Assembly (NCBI GenBank): GCA_048938385.1
Contig: JBHLMG010000011.1
Coordinates: forward strand, 1-64,000
Source: Promethearchaeota archaeon
GTDB lineage: Archaea > Asgardarchaeota > Hermodarchaeia > Hermodarchaeales > Hermodarchaeaceae
Reading direction: 5' to 3'
Length of the DNA stretch: 64,000 bases
A program made the position numbers and the translations under genes. The notes under the pieces are model-generated. The model had not been told where the DNA came from. It worked only from the letters and a program-made list of their open reading frames with translations, and did no database searches. Shown here in pieces: positions 19,430 to 29,730 of this stretch. Each line of letters starts with the position of its first letter. The stretch's first letter is position 1.

Positions 19430-19480
19430 TATTCTAACTATAGAATACTACTATTCTAACATTAGTATAGTTATATATTA
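19429..19480 (-). promoter_or_regulatory. TATA box plus two tandem palindromic operators upstream of padR
   Basis: CTATTCTAACTATAGAATAC (19429-19448) and CTATTCTAACATTAGTATAG (19451-19470) start 22 bp apart. Minus-strand TAATATATAA at 19471-19480. Confidence 0.7.
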
Positions 19481-19736
19481 GTCTTTTGCACCCTACATAA
19501 AAAACGGATACACCCTCCCTTTGCGCGCGACAAAAAGCCCGCTTTGGGTGGTAAATTTAAGGATGTGGAAACGCAACACGATGAGTTTTTAAGGGTTAAG
19601 CTCTTTTTTGTCGGGTTTAAAAAGCTATGGCTACAAGCTGCTTGATTTTTAAGGAGGTTCTGTGTTTAGAGGGGTTAACTTACTCCTGAAACGGGAGTGA
19701 GGAACAACCAATAAAACCAATAAATGGTGTATAAAA

Positions 19737-20105
19737 TTGGCTGAACGACCAATTGGCGTAATCATCATCGCTATTCTACAGCTTCTTGGCTCGATTGTGA
19801 TGCTTGCTGCCGGTGGTTTGATGCTGATGCTCGGTCTCGCCATACCCTTCTTTGGATTCATCCTGATGGCAATTGGTGCCTTCATGATCATCTGGGGTAT
19901 TATCGGCCTCATACTCTTCTGGGGTCTTTGGGGTATGAAGAGCTGGGCCTGGCTAATTACCATCATCTTCAACATCATCTCTCTTATACTTAGTATCTAC
20001 AACTTCTGGAACTCTGGATTCACGGACTACACTACACTAGTCAACGTCATCATTCCTCTCATCATTATCATCTATCTCTTCTTCGTCCGCGAACACTTCA
20101 AGTAA
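19737..20105 (+). CDS. Small 4-TM membrane protein
   Basis: ERPIGVIIIAIL start, GLWGMKSWAW, IIIIYLF..VREHF: a common archaeal small membrane protein pattern. Confidence 0.8.
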   Translation: MAERPIGVIIIAILQLLGSIVMLAAGGLMLMLGLAIPFFGFILMAIGAFMIIWGIIGLILFWGLWGMKSWAWLITIIFNIISLILSIYNFWNSGFTDYTTLVNVIIPLIIIIYLFFVREHFK

Positions 20106-20138
20106 ACTGGCTCTCACAAAGCACAATCCAAGTTTAAC

Positions 20139-20177
20139 GGTGCCCCCCTCCCGGGGCACCCATTCTTGTTTTTTTCT
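20139..20177 (+). terminator. GC hairpin plus T tract terminator
   Basis: GGTGCCCC-cctccc-GGGGCACC followed by CATTCTTGTTTTTTTC. Confidence 0.7.
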
Positions 20178-20354
20178 ACTATGAGTATCAGCCTATCTAA
20201 TACCATTTGTGCGGAAATAGAACAGTCAAATTTCCTCTTCAAAGATTACTAAAGGGAGGAGATATTACACAGAATCTCAAAGAAAACGCCAGTGAGATCT
20301 CTGAACCCGTTTCTTTGATTGCAAATCAACCTACTTCAAAATGGTGAAAAAACT

Positions 20355-21164
20355 GTGATATCAGTAAAGAGTATTGTCCCTAAAGTAAAACACGCGCTTT
20401 TAGAACTTAGTAAAACGGAGCACCGCTATCCTGATGTGATTGCTCAGGCCCAAAAAGTGGATTGGCATGAAGACTTTTCGTCAGGCTATAAAGGGCTCTA
20501 CTATTTTCTTCCTCTCTCCCTTTCTCCTAATTACAAACGACGAGTACGGGTATTCGCAGTCGATACTCCGATGGTTCGAAGAGTAAGCTCAACCCTTTTT
20601 CAGGAACTTAAAGCGGAAGGGATTCGTGATGTTGAAACAATGCTTTCATTATGTGATACATTGTTAGAACAGTGGAGCTGGGAATATCGCACCATCGCCT
20701 TCGATTGGTCCTTTCGCGTTCGAAGCCAATTTGAACCACGCCATTTTCCAGTTTTTCATAGATGGGCAAAACTCTACCTATCAACCTGGGGTAGCGTCGA
20801 TGATTTTTGCACCCATACCATGGGCTACTTTTTCTTTACTTACCCCGAGTTTACACATCATGTGAAAAACTGGGCTACCTCGGAAAATCCGTGGATTGTA
20901 CGAGCTGCGGCCGTTTCGCTAATCTATGGTTTGCGACGCGGTGTGCATCTTAAGTACATTTTTGATGTTGCGGATGCCATGTTGTTAGATCCCCGTAAGT
21001 ATATTCAAACCGGCTATGGTTGGATGCTCAAGGAAGCCACAAAGCATTTTCAAGCTCAAGTCTTTGAGTATGTGATGCAAAGGAAGGATGAGATGCCGCG
21101 GCGGGCTCTTCGTTATGCAATTGAAAAAATGCCTAAATCCCTGAAAGCCCGCGCAATGACTTAA
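20355..21164 (+). CDS. alkD: DNA alkylation repair glycosylase, AlkD/HEAT-repeat family
   Basis: VDTPMVRRVS, TWGSVDDF, WATSENPWIVRAAAV, YIQTGYGWMLKE, RRALRYAIEK. GTG at 20355 follows GGTGA (ORF track gives 20319). Confidence 0.85.
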   Translation: MISVKSIVPKVKHALLELSKTEHRYPDVIAQAQKVDWHEDFSSGYKGLYYFLPLSLSPNYKRRVRVFAVDTPMVRRVSSTLFQELKAEGIRDVETMLSLCDTLLEQWSWEYRTIAFDWSFRVRSQFEPRHFPVFHRWAKLYLSTWGSVDDFCTHTMGYFFFTYPEFTHHVKNWATSENPWIVRAAAVSLIYGLRRGVHLKYIFDVADAMLLDPRKYIQTGYGWMLKEATKHFQAQVFEYVMQRKDEMPRRALRYAIEKMPKSLKARAMT

Positions 21165-21259
21165 ATTGGGGGCATATACGCAGCAGTTGGACTCTTATCT
21201 CAGGTTAAAGTTACTCTGTTTTAGTGGTTAAAACCGCTTCAAAGCTTTGAAGAGTGAAT

Positions 21260-22486
21260 TTAGCCTTCGAATTGGCTTTTCAATCTAGACGGTGTTGCAT
21301 GTTCGATTTTTACTGTGGTAAGATCGTGAAAAGTCTGGAATCGGTGAAGTTCTTCTCGAATAGGCTCAACTACCTTTGGGATTTCTTTTGATGGTAAAAA
21401 GACCTCGAAGTTACGGAGAATGAGGGTGCTCGTTTCCCGATTAGCTTTAGGATCAAGTCGTCCGATAACACGATGCTGCCAAAGGATGGGTGTCACATAG
21501 TAACCGAACTGGCGCTGTGATGGAGGTGTATAGGCCTCTAATTTTAATTCTATTCCGAATAATTCTTTTACACGGGGTCGATTCCACAAGATGTTATCAA
21601 AGGGATTTAGGAACCATGCAGTTGAAGATGAATTGGATCGATCCTGCACTCGTTCGAGGAAGGGTAATTGTCGAGTGAGCATGTAATATTGATTTTTGAC
21701 GGAAGGAACTGTGATTTTGGTCACGATATCTTCTTGTATTAAAATTTCAAGCTGCTTCTCCATTGTTTTTGTACGGTTCTTAGAAATATTCAAAGCAAAA
21801 TTACTACAGCTGATGTATTCACACAAGCCTTTCGCAGTGCATGCAACTAGAGAATCTAAGTTGCGTTCTATGAAATATCGCCATACCATCTCTGGGTCAA
21901 TGTGCTGGTCTAGGTATTTACTTGGGATGACGCGTTCGGATATGTCATAATATCTTTGGAAGCCTCGTCGTTCAGTGACTGCTAACCGACCAGTCTCCCA
22001 CAGTAAGTCGAGTGCGTGTTTTGCTGGTTTCCAGTCCCAGAATCCTCCACGCCTTGTTGCGGTTGGGTCTTCGAAGTCCTTGCTACTGAGCGGGCCTTCA
22101 TCTCGGACTCGTTGTTCGACGGCATCCATGAGCTTCTTGTATTTGATGAGCCGGCTCTTTTGCCAGCCATTACAATGAATGGAAAATCGTTCCATGCGAT
22201 GGCGGTAATATGGATATTCTTCAATGGGTACAAAACAGCAACCATGAGCAAAATGCTCAAACACTTCATTATTTCGAAGTGCGGTCCAAACTTGATCAGG
22301 ATGGTAATTTCGAACACGGTGACGGAGAGTAAGGTGATGACTTCGCGCAACTACAGATATTGAATCAATCTGCACAGCTGCTATCTGTTGTATTGTTTCA
22401 CGAACAGATTTCCAAGAAGGTTTTTCATCTAATCCTTGTCGGATGATGAAGGCGGCTCTTATGAGTGGAATGTTAATTCCTTCCAC
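21260..22486 (-). CDS. ycaQ: YcaQ/AlkZ (HTH_42) crosslink-repair DNA glycosylase
   Basis: VQIDSISVVARSHHL (QxD motif), FEHFAH, WDWKPAK, GFQRYYD, LNPFDN, EAYTP..RQFGYY, GRLDPK. Confidence 0.92.
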   Translation of the reverse strand: MEGINIPLIRAAFIIRQGLDEKPSWKSVRETIQQIAAVQIDSISVVARSHHLTLRHRVRNYHPDQVWTALRNNEVFEHFAHGCCFVPIEEYPYYRHRMERFSIHCNGWQKSRLIKYKKLMDAVEQRVRDEGPLSSKDFEDPTATRRGGFWDWKPAKHALDLLWETGRLAVTERRGFQRYYDISERVIPSKYLDQHIDPEMVWRYFIERNLDSLVACTAKGLCEYISCSNFALNISKNRTKTMEKQLEILIQEDIVTKITVPSVKNQYYMLTRQLPFLERVQDRSNSSSTAWFLNPFDNILWNRPRVKELFGIELKLEAYTPPSQRQFGYYVTPILWQHRVIGRLDPKANRETSTLILRNFEVFLPSKEIPKVVEPIREELHRFQTFHDLTTVKIEHATPSRLKSQFEG

Positions 22487-22770
22487 AGCATCACTTCAAA
22501 TGCTTCGGGTAAGCAATCACTAAGAACTTAGGTTATTAATAATCGACCTTTTGAGAAAACCTTCAAACTTTAGGTTTAGGCAAGAAAATGACAACCTTCG
22601 ATAATGTACACAAAGGAGTCGATCAATTCTAGCAGAAATATTTTGCATCCTTTTGCCTTTTATCTAAGATTTTTATAGATGACTTTAGTATGCCTTCATA
22701 TAATGCTTGGGACTAGAGGATGGTTTTCTCTGTAATGGTTTCACAAGTATTGGATTTTGGTGGGTAGCAA

Positions 22771-25700
22771 ATGAGTAAATTATGGCTAAGGCAGCTCATG
22801 TGTTTGGTTGCAATCAATCTATTAGTTGTCCCTTCTTTAGTGGCAACAGCAATTCCATCATCGAAAAGCGAACCAAATGATGCGTTCACGACCTTCAAAA
22901 TCCCTGATTCTGAGCCGAAATCGACGAATGATATCGCAAATGGTTTGTCTAATTTTGTTGAAGAAATACCTGAAGCAGAAAGGGATTGGTATTGGCAGAA
23001 AAACGATGGTGCATGGCAAGATTATCGCGGTTGGCTTGAATCCTACCGGCAAATGGCTGAAGGTATACGACATTACGAAACAAGTTATTTTAATAGTGCA
23101 GAGCCCGGTTTCTCGCTCAATGAACAATTAATCGGAAACCGGTTGCATATTACAGTCCAGGTGGGGGAGTATAGCATCATTACCTACGCCTTCGAAACAG
23201 ATTCGTATCAGGCTTTGCTCATCGAAGACACTGAAGTGACCACCACCTATGGGCAACCTACTATTCCCTTCAAGAACCTCTTGTATTCACTTCCTGAGGG
23301 AGTTCATCCCCTCTCTGTCCAAATTCAGAAACAAGAGACCGAACTAATTTCGGGGTTATCTCTCATTCCTGGAGCAGCTCCGATGCATCTGGCAAGTAGT
23401 CATAGAACCCAGGACGAGTTGTATTTCAGTGAACAAGGTTATTCTGATTCGACCTTTACTCCCGTTGAATTCCTAGACTATCAGACGGTTGGAATGAAGG
23501 GCCAACCTGGAGTATTAGTCAATCTACACCTCTTACAGTATAATCCCGTGCAAAAACAAGCCCACCTCATAACTTGTCTCGAGTTTGATCTAGTCTTCAG
23601 CGCATCCGTTGCATGGTCCGAGTTGACTTCAAATCCCTATGATTCTCAGTACAATGGAGCAGGGCAAGGGTATGTAATCGTCGCTCCTACAGCGTTTCTA
23701 TCCGCCTTGAATACCTTTGTCCAATGGAAAAGCGATCTTGGATTTGATGTTTCCATTACTACGATAGAAAATGTCTATGCCACCTATTCTGGACGTGACC
23801 GGGCAGAACAACTCCGGAACTTCGTCATAGCGTCATTCACTGAAAATGCTACCCAGTACTTCCTCCTTGTTGGGGATTGTGATGTCGTCCCAACACGGGA
23901 AGTTTGGGATCCTTATCTGGCTGGAGGTCTTGATAACGGAACTGAACCAAGTGATATGTATTTTGAGTGCTTGGATGGCGATTGGGATGCTAACGCAAAC
24001 AACCTTTTTGGAGAGGCAGATGATGCTGTTGACTTTTTCCCTGAAGTATCAGTAGGTCGGCTTCCCGTTCAAACTCTCACCGAAGCTGAAGATGTGCTTT
24101 CAGGTATTATTCAGCTAGAAAGCAATCCTTCTCCTGGAAATTGGATGGATGATTTTCTCCTAATCGGCCCCGACTGTTTTGGAATGGGGGATGGGGCGAA
24201 TATGCTCGAAGAGGAACTCAACCAGTGGTTTCTTTACGACTCTTTCTTTGATGTTCATCGTCTATATCCCACGGATGGCTCGTTATCTAATACGAATGTA
24301 ATTAGCCGACTAAATACAGGCGTGGGTATCGTTGACTTCTTTGACCATGGCTGGTATGGTGGGTGGGTTGGTGCCCTAAACGAGGAAGATTACGGTGAGG
24401 TTTCTGGATTGGTAAATGGAGCTAGACGGCCATTTGCCTTTGCAATGGCTTGTGAAACCGCTGCCTTTGACGCAGAATTCGTCGAACCTACAATTGGCGA
24501 AGCGTTCTTCCGCAATCCAAATGGTGGTGCCGTTGCCTACATCGGAGCAACCCGTATTGCTTGGGCAGGTTACCACGCCTTTGATGGACTCCACCATCGG
24601 TTCTGGCGTTCGTTTTTCGAAACTGCACTTCAAGATCAACTGGTCTCTCCTAAACAAGCGCTTCAATCTGCACTTTATGAAATGGTAACGACCTACTCGA
24701 TGTCTGATCCGATCAGTCTCGAAACCGTCTACCAAGCCATCTATTTTGGCGATCCCTCCATGCAATTGTATTGGAAATACAAGGTAACCAACACAGCCAC
24801 TCCTGTGGAGGTCAATGAACAAGTACAACTCAATGGCACCTGCTCCATGTTCTTTAATAAGACACCAATTGTAGATGCCGTTAATGTCGTAGTTCGCGAT
24901 CCCATCGGGCGAATAGTCTACATCAACAACCACCTCACTGACAGTCAGGGTAACTACACCGCCACCTTTTCAGTCAATGAACTTGCAGGTAACTACACCG
25001 TATCTACAACGATATCCCAGGCTTTTCTTCACACGACTATCAACACCTTCTATGTAGGAAACTTATCAGTCGCTGTTCAGTTAGATTCTACTCCGACCTA
25101 CCACAGTTTACTTGCTTTTTCAGGGAGCGCCAACAAAGATGGCGCAGCCAATGCCTCTCTAGTTGACACTAGTGGGAATATCCAAGCCAGCAAGTTATTC
25201 ACCATCACGGGAGGAACCTATTCAGAAACATTGAATGTTACAGAATTTGGGTGGCTTCAACTTTTCATTTTTCTCACGAATGAAACTGAACATGGCGGTG
25301 TAAGTGAACCCTTCCAAGTGACACGAGGTGAGATACTCGTGATTGCGGATTCTAGTGGTGGGTGGGGACCAGATTATCCTGGAGGATGGGCAGACAATAA
25401 CTACGGCGATTCAACCAACACAGGTGACTTTGTTATCGCACTTAAGGACGAATATCATGTTTTCGTTTACCGTCCACGATACAATCTGACACCTAGTCTA
25501 TTATTCCTCGAATCCTTCGATGCGGTAATAGTTTCCGTTGGAGATAACTACGGATATCCCCTCATTGCTCCGGATAGTTTTCTGTTAGATGTCTTACATT
25601 CGTATCACAATTCAGGTGGCAACCTCTTGCTTGAGGGCTGCCAGATTTCAACAACTCTAGCCTCCACTCAATATAATCAGACCTTTGAAAGCTTCACGCA

Positions 25701-28700
25701 CACAGATTATTCAGGTAGCTTGATTAATTCTCCCTCAATCACGCTTGTTAATCAGTTGCACACAATTACCTCAGGATTGCCTAGTACGATCTCCCTGCTT
25801 GGTGGCCTAGGAACTCCATACGCTGATATCATTATTCCAATCAATGGTTCAGAACGAGTGAGTGGTTATCTTGGGGAACCTTCCCCTGGTTCCGCGATTA
25901 CAGCACTTACACCTACCCAATCTTATGGGGGTGTTGTCTATTTTGCCTTCTCAATTGATGCCATTGGTAATCAGAATCATCGTAACCTCATAATCCAAAA
26001 TGCAGTCGCTTATCTCCTTCAACCTCGACTTGAGGCTACTCTCTCCGATGATGCCTTACAGACGGGAACATCTGAGGTAATTTTCGTTGAAGTACTGGAA
26101 GCCGCTACAAGTCAACCTGTTTTTAATGCGAATGTAACCTTCTTGGGGTGTGGAGTTATGGCTACTAATCAAACCCTCACAGATGGTACTTGCTCAATTT
26201 TTATCACACCCACCACTGAAGGCCTCATCCTCGTATCAATAAACAAATTAGGATATCTCAATTTCACAGCTGTAATCATCGTCTATGATATCCCAACAAT
26301 TGCTGTCGAAACGAATCCTAGCTACCTTGAAAAGTATGAAAGCCAGTTGCTCACTATTCGGACGACGGACTATTACGAGCACTTCCCTCTCGATACCTGC
26401 TTTGTTAATGTTATAGGTTGTGGAGTTAGTGATTCTGGGTATACCAACTCCTCGGGGTTGGTTGAGTTCACCGTAACACCGACCGCTTCAGGGTTGATTG
26501 CGATTGGTGCTAATCTCACGGGATACATTAATGTCACAAGCTCAATTGGTGTCCGATATATCGCAGTAGTTCTTCCCAGTGCAGGGACTATGTATCCAAG
26601 CGATTTCTGTTGGGACGAGATCAACCTCAACTGGCAGGACTATGGAAGCATTCCAATTTTTATAAACTATACGGCATTTCCAGTAACAAATACCAGCTTT
26701 TCTTTAGCGGACCTTGAAGCCATTAACGCAGATGCACTAATTATCCCTTATGTCTTTGAAGCGTTTTCACCTGAAGAAATAGACGCTGTTACAACCTATG
26801 TTCGCGCTGGTCATGGTCTTTTTACTAGTGGATATGCCTTATACCTCAACCCAGAAACGCTGGGACCCTTTTTTGGGCTCATCGATAACATCACCTTTTC
26901 CGCAAATTTTGTACCGTCCTTTGATATTCTCCAGCCACTGCACCCAGTTTTCGAGAACCTTCCTGACCCGTTTTCTACCTATTATGGGCTGTCATTTCAC
27001 CCTCTAGCGACGGGTTGGGATAGCTCAGTCCTTGATGGGGCTATTTATCTTGCCAAAGATACATCTGGCTATAATTATGGAACCGTGTTAACTCATCGAG
27101 GAATGATTTTTACCTCGCACCATCCCGAGCTGCTATCAAATCGTGATGATACCCAGTTAGTATATAACGCCCTAGCCTGGTCGAAATTTGCGATTCCTGA
27201 CCATGACCTCCGAGTTACACTCGATGTGCCGGACTACTGTGAACCAGGTGATACAACCAAAATTAACGCAACCGTGTTTAATGAAGGGAAAAATAACGAG
27301 ACAAACTTACTTCTCCAACTATTCATCAATGATCTCGAAGTAGCTACTCTTCCAATAGCAGAACTAGCAAACTTTACGAGCCAGACCCTCACATACCTTT
27401 GGAATCCATCTATAGAAGCTATCTACAATATCACTGCATATGTCGCTCCTGTTCCGGATGAATATTCTAATACTAATAATGTTGCTACTCACTTCGTTCA
27501 TGTTCGTTATATCCAAGGATGGATCCTCTGGGATGACATTCACAGTACTGATTCCATGATGTCTTATTCGACTTGGCTGACGGATCTCGTCGCGTTGGGT
27601 TATGTCATCGAAGCGGTTTCATTTGGATCAATCACCTCAACCCTCTTGGATGATTATCACATCCTCATCTGTGCTCAACCCCATGTAAGCTATTCTTCCT
27701 CTGAACAAACCGCAATTCACTCATTTGTAACGAATGGAGGAGGATTACTGGTTATTGGGGATGATACACCCTCCATCTTCGATTCTCTGACGCAATTTGC
27801 AGGGATTGACTGGGAAAGTGGAGGAGTAAGTGGCACCACCACGGACATCACATTGCACCCCGTAACCGAGAATGTGTCTTCTGCATATTTCGGAGCTCCT
27901 ATAAGCCGACTCATAGTATCAGGTCAGGCCATCAGTCTCATCCGAAATGGTGGTGAAACTTTACTAGCTGCTGCGGAAGTAGGACCGGGTCGGGTAATTG
28001 GAATTGGCGATGAAGATTGCATTAACGAATATGCCATCAATCAAGCCGATAATCGTCAGTTGGCCCTCAACATGATTGCATGGCTCACCGTACAGTACCC
28101 CCACGAAGTCCTTGTTGAACTTGAAACACCTAGCTACGCCAATCCGGGCGAACAGCTTTCTCTCAACATGACGGTCTGGAACAGAGGTACGGAAAACGAA
28201 ACGAATCTCACACTCCAATTATTTATCAACGAGTCCCTCATCGACACATACTTAATTCCTAAACTTAACGCTAGCCACTCAACTAGATTTACTAAACAAT
28301 GGACGCCGTCCGGCCTTGGATACTACAACATCACAGCCTATGTACTCCCCGTTCCCTTGGAGAATATCACTTGGAATAACCGAGATACCAATTGGGTGCT
28401 AATCCGGAACATTTACGCTCACCTTCTCTACGATTTTACACATGGCAACCAGTTACCCCAGAACTTTTCTATCTGGTTCGAAGAAGTCCTGGCTCTTGGC
28501 ATTGCTATCGATGTGTTATACGCTGGACCAATCAGTGCCGCTACTCTCATCGGCTATGATGGCTTGATAAGCGTAACGCCGTTTTACAACTACTCAACCC
28601 CTGAGCTAACGACAATCCAAAGCTTCGTAGATAGTGGTGGGGCGTTACTAGTAGTGGGCGAATGGGCACCAGAGGTTTGTACTTCCCTCACATCATTTGC

Positions 28701-29685
28701 AGGTATCACCTTCATCGAAGATTGGAATGTCAGTACAGTTACTGATATTACTCCTCACACAATCACACAAGGTGTCGATTCCTTGGACATCGGCTATTTA
28801 GGGGCACGCCTTGATGTTTCTCCGGTAGCGATGAACCTTGCCCGAACAGTGGAAGGCAAATGCGTATTGGCAGCCTTCGAAGATATTGGTCGGGTTATCG
28901 GCTTTACTTCCTCCTTAGCATTAACTGATTACAGGATTGGAAACATGGATAACCTCCTTCTTGCCATCAATATGGTCGCCTGGATGGTAGATGACAATCT
29001 CCGCCCCTCTGTGCCTGTTCTACAAGCTATTAGCGATATCATCACAACTTCGGAGTTTCCTGCTTCGTGGTCTGAGGCAAGCGATCCTGATGGCTATATT
29101 GTTACCTATCAGTTACAAGTAGCCCTAGATGACCTCTTCTCAACGATCTATCAAACCGTTGTTACCACCATCACCACAAGTAATGTGACGGTGTCAAGCG
29201 ATGGTGTATATTATCTTCGGGTCCGTTCTCAAGACAATGAGTATCGCTACAGCCTATGGAGCAATGTCATTTCTGTAACTGTTGAACTCGCAAATCTTGC
29301 TCCCACCGCACCCACACTGAGCCTAGTACGAAACGATGATGGCTCAATCACATGCACTTGGACAACCTCTACTGATCCTGATGGTCAAGTTGTCTCCTAT
29401 CTCCTTCAATGTTCCAACTTTCCAACATTCCTCCTCGTCTATCACTCGTGGACGGTGAATCATACCTCAATCATTATTGCTAGCCTCGAACCAGGTATGC
29501 ACTACTTCCGAGTTGCGGCAATTGATGATGAAGGGGCATACAGCCTCTGGAGCAACAGTTGTGACATGTTAATCCCTGGAATTCCAAATTCCCTCCTCAT
29601 TGGGATAGCTGCATTACTTGTCACTACCGTTGGGGTAGTGCTAGTTGTGTATTGGATTCGTATACGCCGAAAGGAAAGTGCATAA
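22771..29685 (+). CDS. Giant membrane-anchored gingipain-like C25 cysteine protease with Ig/CARDB, GATase-like (DUF4350-like) and FN3 domains
   Basis: Signal peptide, propeptide region (GQPTIP, LQYNP), YFLLVGD, SDMYF, VGRLPV, catalytic DHG and MAC, YFGDP. Two CARDB-like repeats, GGGLLVIG domains, YYLRVRSQD and HYFRVAAID FN3-like units, C-terminal TM plus RIRRK. Confidence 0.88.
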   Translation: MSKLWLRQLMCLVAINLLVVPSLVATAIPSSKSEPNDAFTTFKIPDSEPKSTNDIANGLSNFVEEIPEAERDWYWQKNDGAWQDYRGWLESYRQMAEGIRHYETSYFNSAEPGFSLNEQLIGNRLHITVQVGEYSIITYAFETDSYQALLIEDTEVTTTYGQPTIPFKNLLYSLPEGVHPLSVQIQKQETELISGLSLIPGAAPMHLASSHRTQDELYFSEQGYSDSTFTPVEFLDYQTVGMKGQPGVLVNLHLLQYNPVQKQAHLITCLEFDLVFSASVAWSELTSNPYDSQYNGAGQGYVIVAPTAFLSALNTFVQWKSDLGFDVSITTIENVYATYSGRDRAEQLRNFVIASFTENATQYFLLVGDCDVVPTREVWDPYLAGGLDNGTEPSDMYFECLDGDWDANANNLFGEADDAVDFFPEVSVGRLPVQTLTEAEDVLSGIIQLESNPSPGNWMDDFLLIGPDCFGMGDGANMLEEELNQWFLYDSFFDVHRLYPTDGSLSNTNVISRLNTGVGIVDFFDHGWYGGWVGALNEEDYGEVSGLVNGARRPFAFAMACETAAFDAEFVEPTIGEAFFRNPNGGAVAYIGATRIAWAGYHAFDGLHHRFWRSFFETALQDQLVSPKQALQSALYEMVTTYSMSDPISLETVYQAIYFGDPSMQLYWKYKVTNTATPVEVNEQVQLNGTCSMFFNKTPIVDAVNVVVRDPIGRIVYINNHLTDSQGNYTATFSVNELAGNYTVSTTISQAFLHTTINTFYVGNLSVAVQLDSTPTYHSLLAFSGSANKDGAANASLVDTSGNIQASKLFTITGGTYSETLNVTEFGWLQLFIFLTNETEHGGVSEPFQVTRGEILVIADSSGGWGPDYPGGWADNNYGDSTNTGDFVIALKDEYHVFVYRPRYNLTPSLLFLESFDAVIVSVGDNYGYPLIAPDSFLLDVLHSYHNSGGNLLLEGCQISTTLASTQYNQTFESFTHTDYSGSLINSPSITLVNQLHTITSGLPSTISLLGGLGTPYADIIIPINGSERVSGYLGEPSPGSAITALTPTQSYGGVVYFAFSIDAIGNQNHRNLIIQNAVAYLLQPRLEATLSDDALQTGTSEVIFVEVLEAATSQPVFNANVTFLGCGVMATNQTLTDGTCSIFITPTTEGLILVSINKLGYLNFTAVIIVYDIPTIAVETNPSYLEKYESQLLTIRTTDYYEHFPLDTCFVNVIGCGVSDSGYTNSSGLVEFTVTPTASGLIAIGANLTGYINVTSSIGVRYIAVVLPSAGTMYPSDFCWDEINLNWQDYGSIPIFINYTAFPVTNTSFSLADLEAINADALIIPYVFEAFSPEEIDAVTTYVRAGHGLFTSGYALYLNPETLGPFFGLIDNITFSANFVPSFDILQPLHPVFENLPDPFSTYYGLSFHPLATGWDSSVLDGAIYLAKDTSGYNYGTVLTHRGMIFTSHHPELLSNRDDTQLVYNALAWSKFAIPDHDLRVTLDVPDYCEPGDTTKINATVFNEGKNNETNLLLQLFINDLEVATLPIAELANFTSQTLTYLWNPSIEAIYNITAYVAPVPDEYSNTNNVATHFVHVRYIQGWILWDDIHSTDSMMSYSTWLTDLVALGYVIEAVSFGSITSTLLDDYHILICAQPHVSYSSSEQTAIHSFVTNGGGLLVIGDDTPSIFDSLTQFAGIDWESGGVSGTTTDITLHPVTENVSSAYFGAPISRLIVSGQAISLIRNGGETLLAAAEVGPGRVIGIGDEDCINEYAINQADNRQLALNMIAWLTVQYPHEVLVELETPSYANPGEQLSLNMTVWNRGTENETNLTLQLFINESLIDTYLIPKLNASHSTRFTKQWTPSGLGYYNITAYVLPVPLENITWNNRDTNWVLIRNIYAHLLYDFTHGNQLPQNFSIWFEEVLALGIAIDVLYAGPISAATLIGYDGLISVTPFYNYSTPELTTIQSFVDSGGALLVVGEWAPEVCTSLTSFAGITFIEDWNVSTVTDITPHTITQGVDSLDIGYLGARLDVSPVAMNLARTVEGKCVLAAFEDIGRVIGFTSSLALTDYRIGNMDNLLLAINMVAWMVDDNLRPSVPVLQAISDIITTSEFPASWSEASDPDGYIVTYQLQVALDDLFSTIYQTVVTTITTSNVTVSSDGVYYLRVRSQDNEYRYSLWSNVISVTVELANLAPTAPTLSLVRNDDGSITCTWTTSTDPDGQVVSYLLQCSNFPTFLLVYHSWTVNHTSIIIASLEPGMHYFRVAAIDDEGAYSLWSNSCDMLIPGIPNSLLIGIAALLVTTVGVVLVVYWIRIRRKESA
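27200..28995 (+). repeat. Internal duplication of a CARDB + GATase-like module (about 300 aa each) within the C25 protease
   Basis: HDLRVTLDVPDY..NATVFNEGKNNETNLLLQLFIN..YNITAYVAPVP vs HEVLVELETPSY..NMTVWNRGTENETNLTLQLFIN..YNITAYVLPVP. Boundaries are approximate. Confidence 0.75.
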
Positions 29686-29730
29686 ACCTCAACCAAACTT
29701 TTTTGGTATGTGCTCAGAGTAGTGAGATTC

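Noticed and set aside
19528-19613. 9-bp inverted repeat CGACAAAAA/TTTTTGTCG as MITE ends
   Set aside because: Short and low-complexity, with no target-site duplication or second copy seen.
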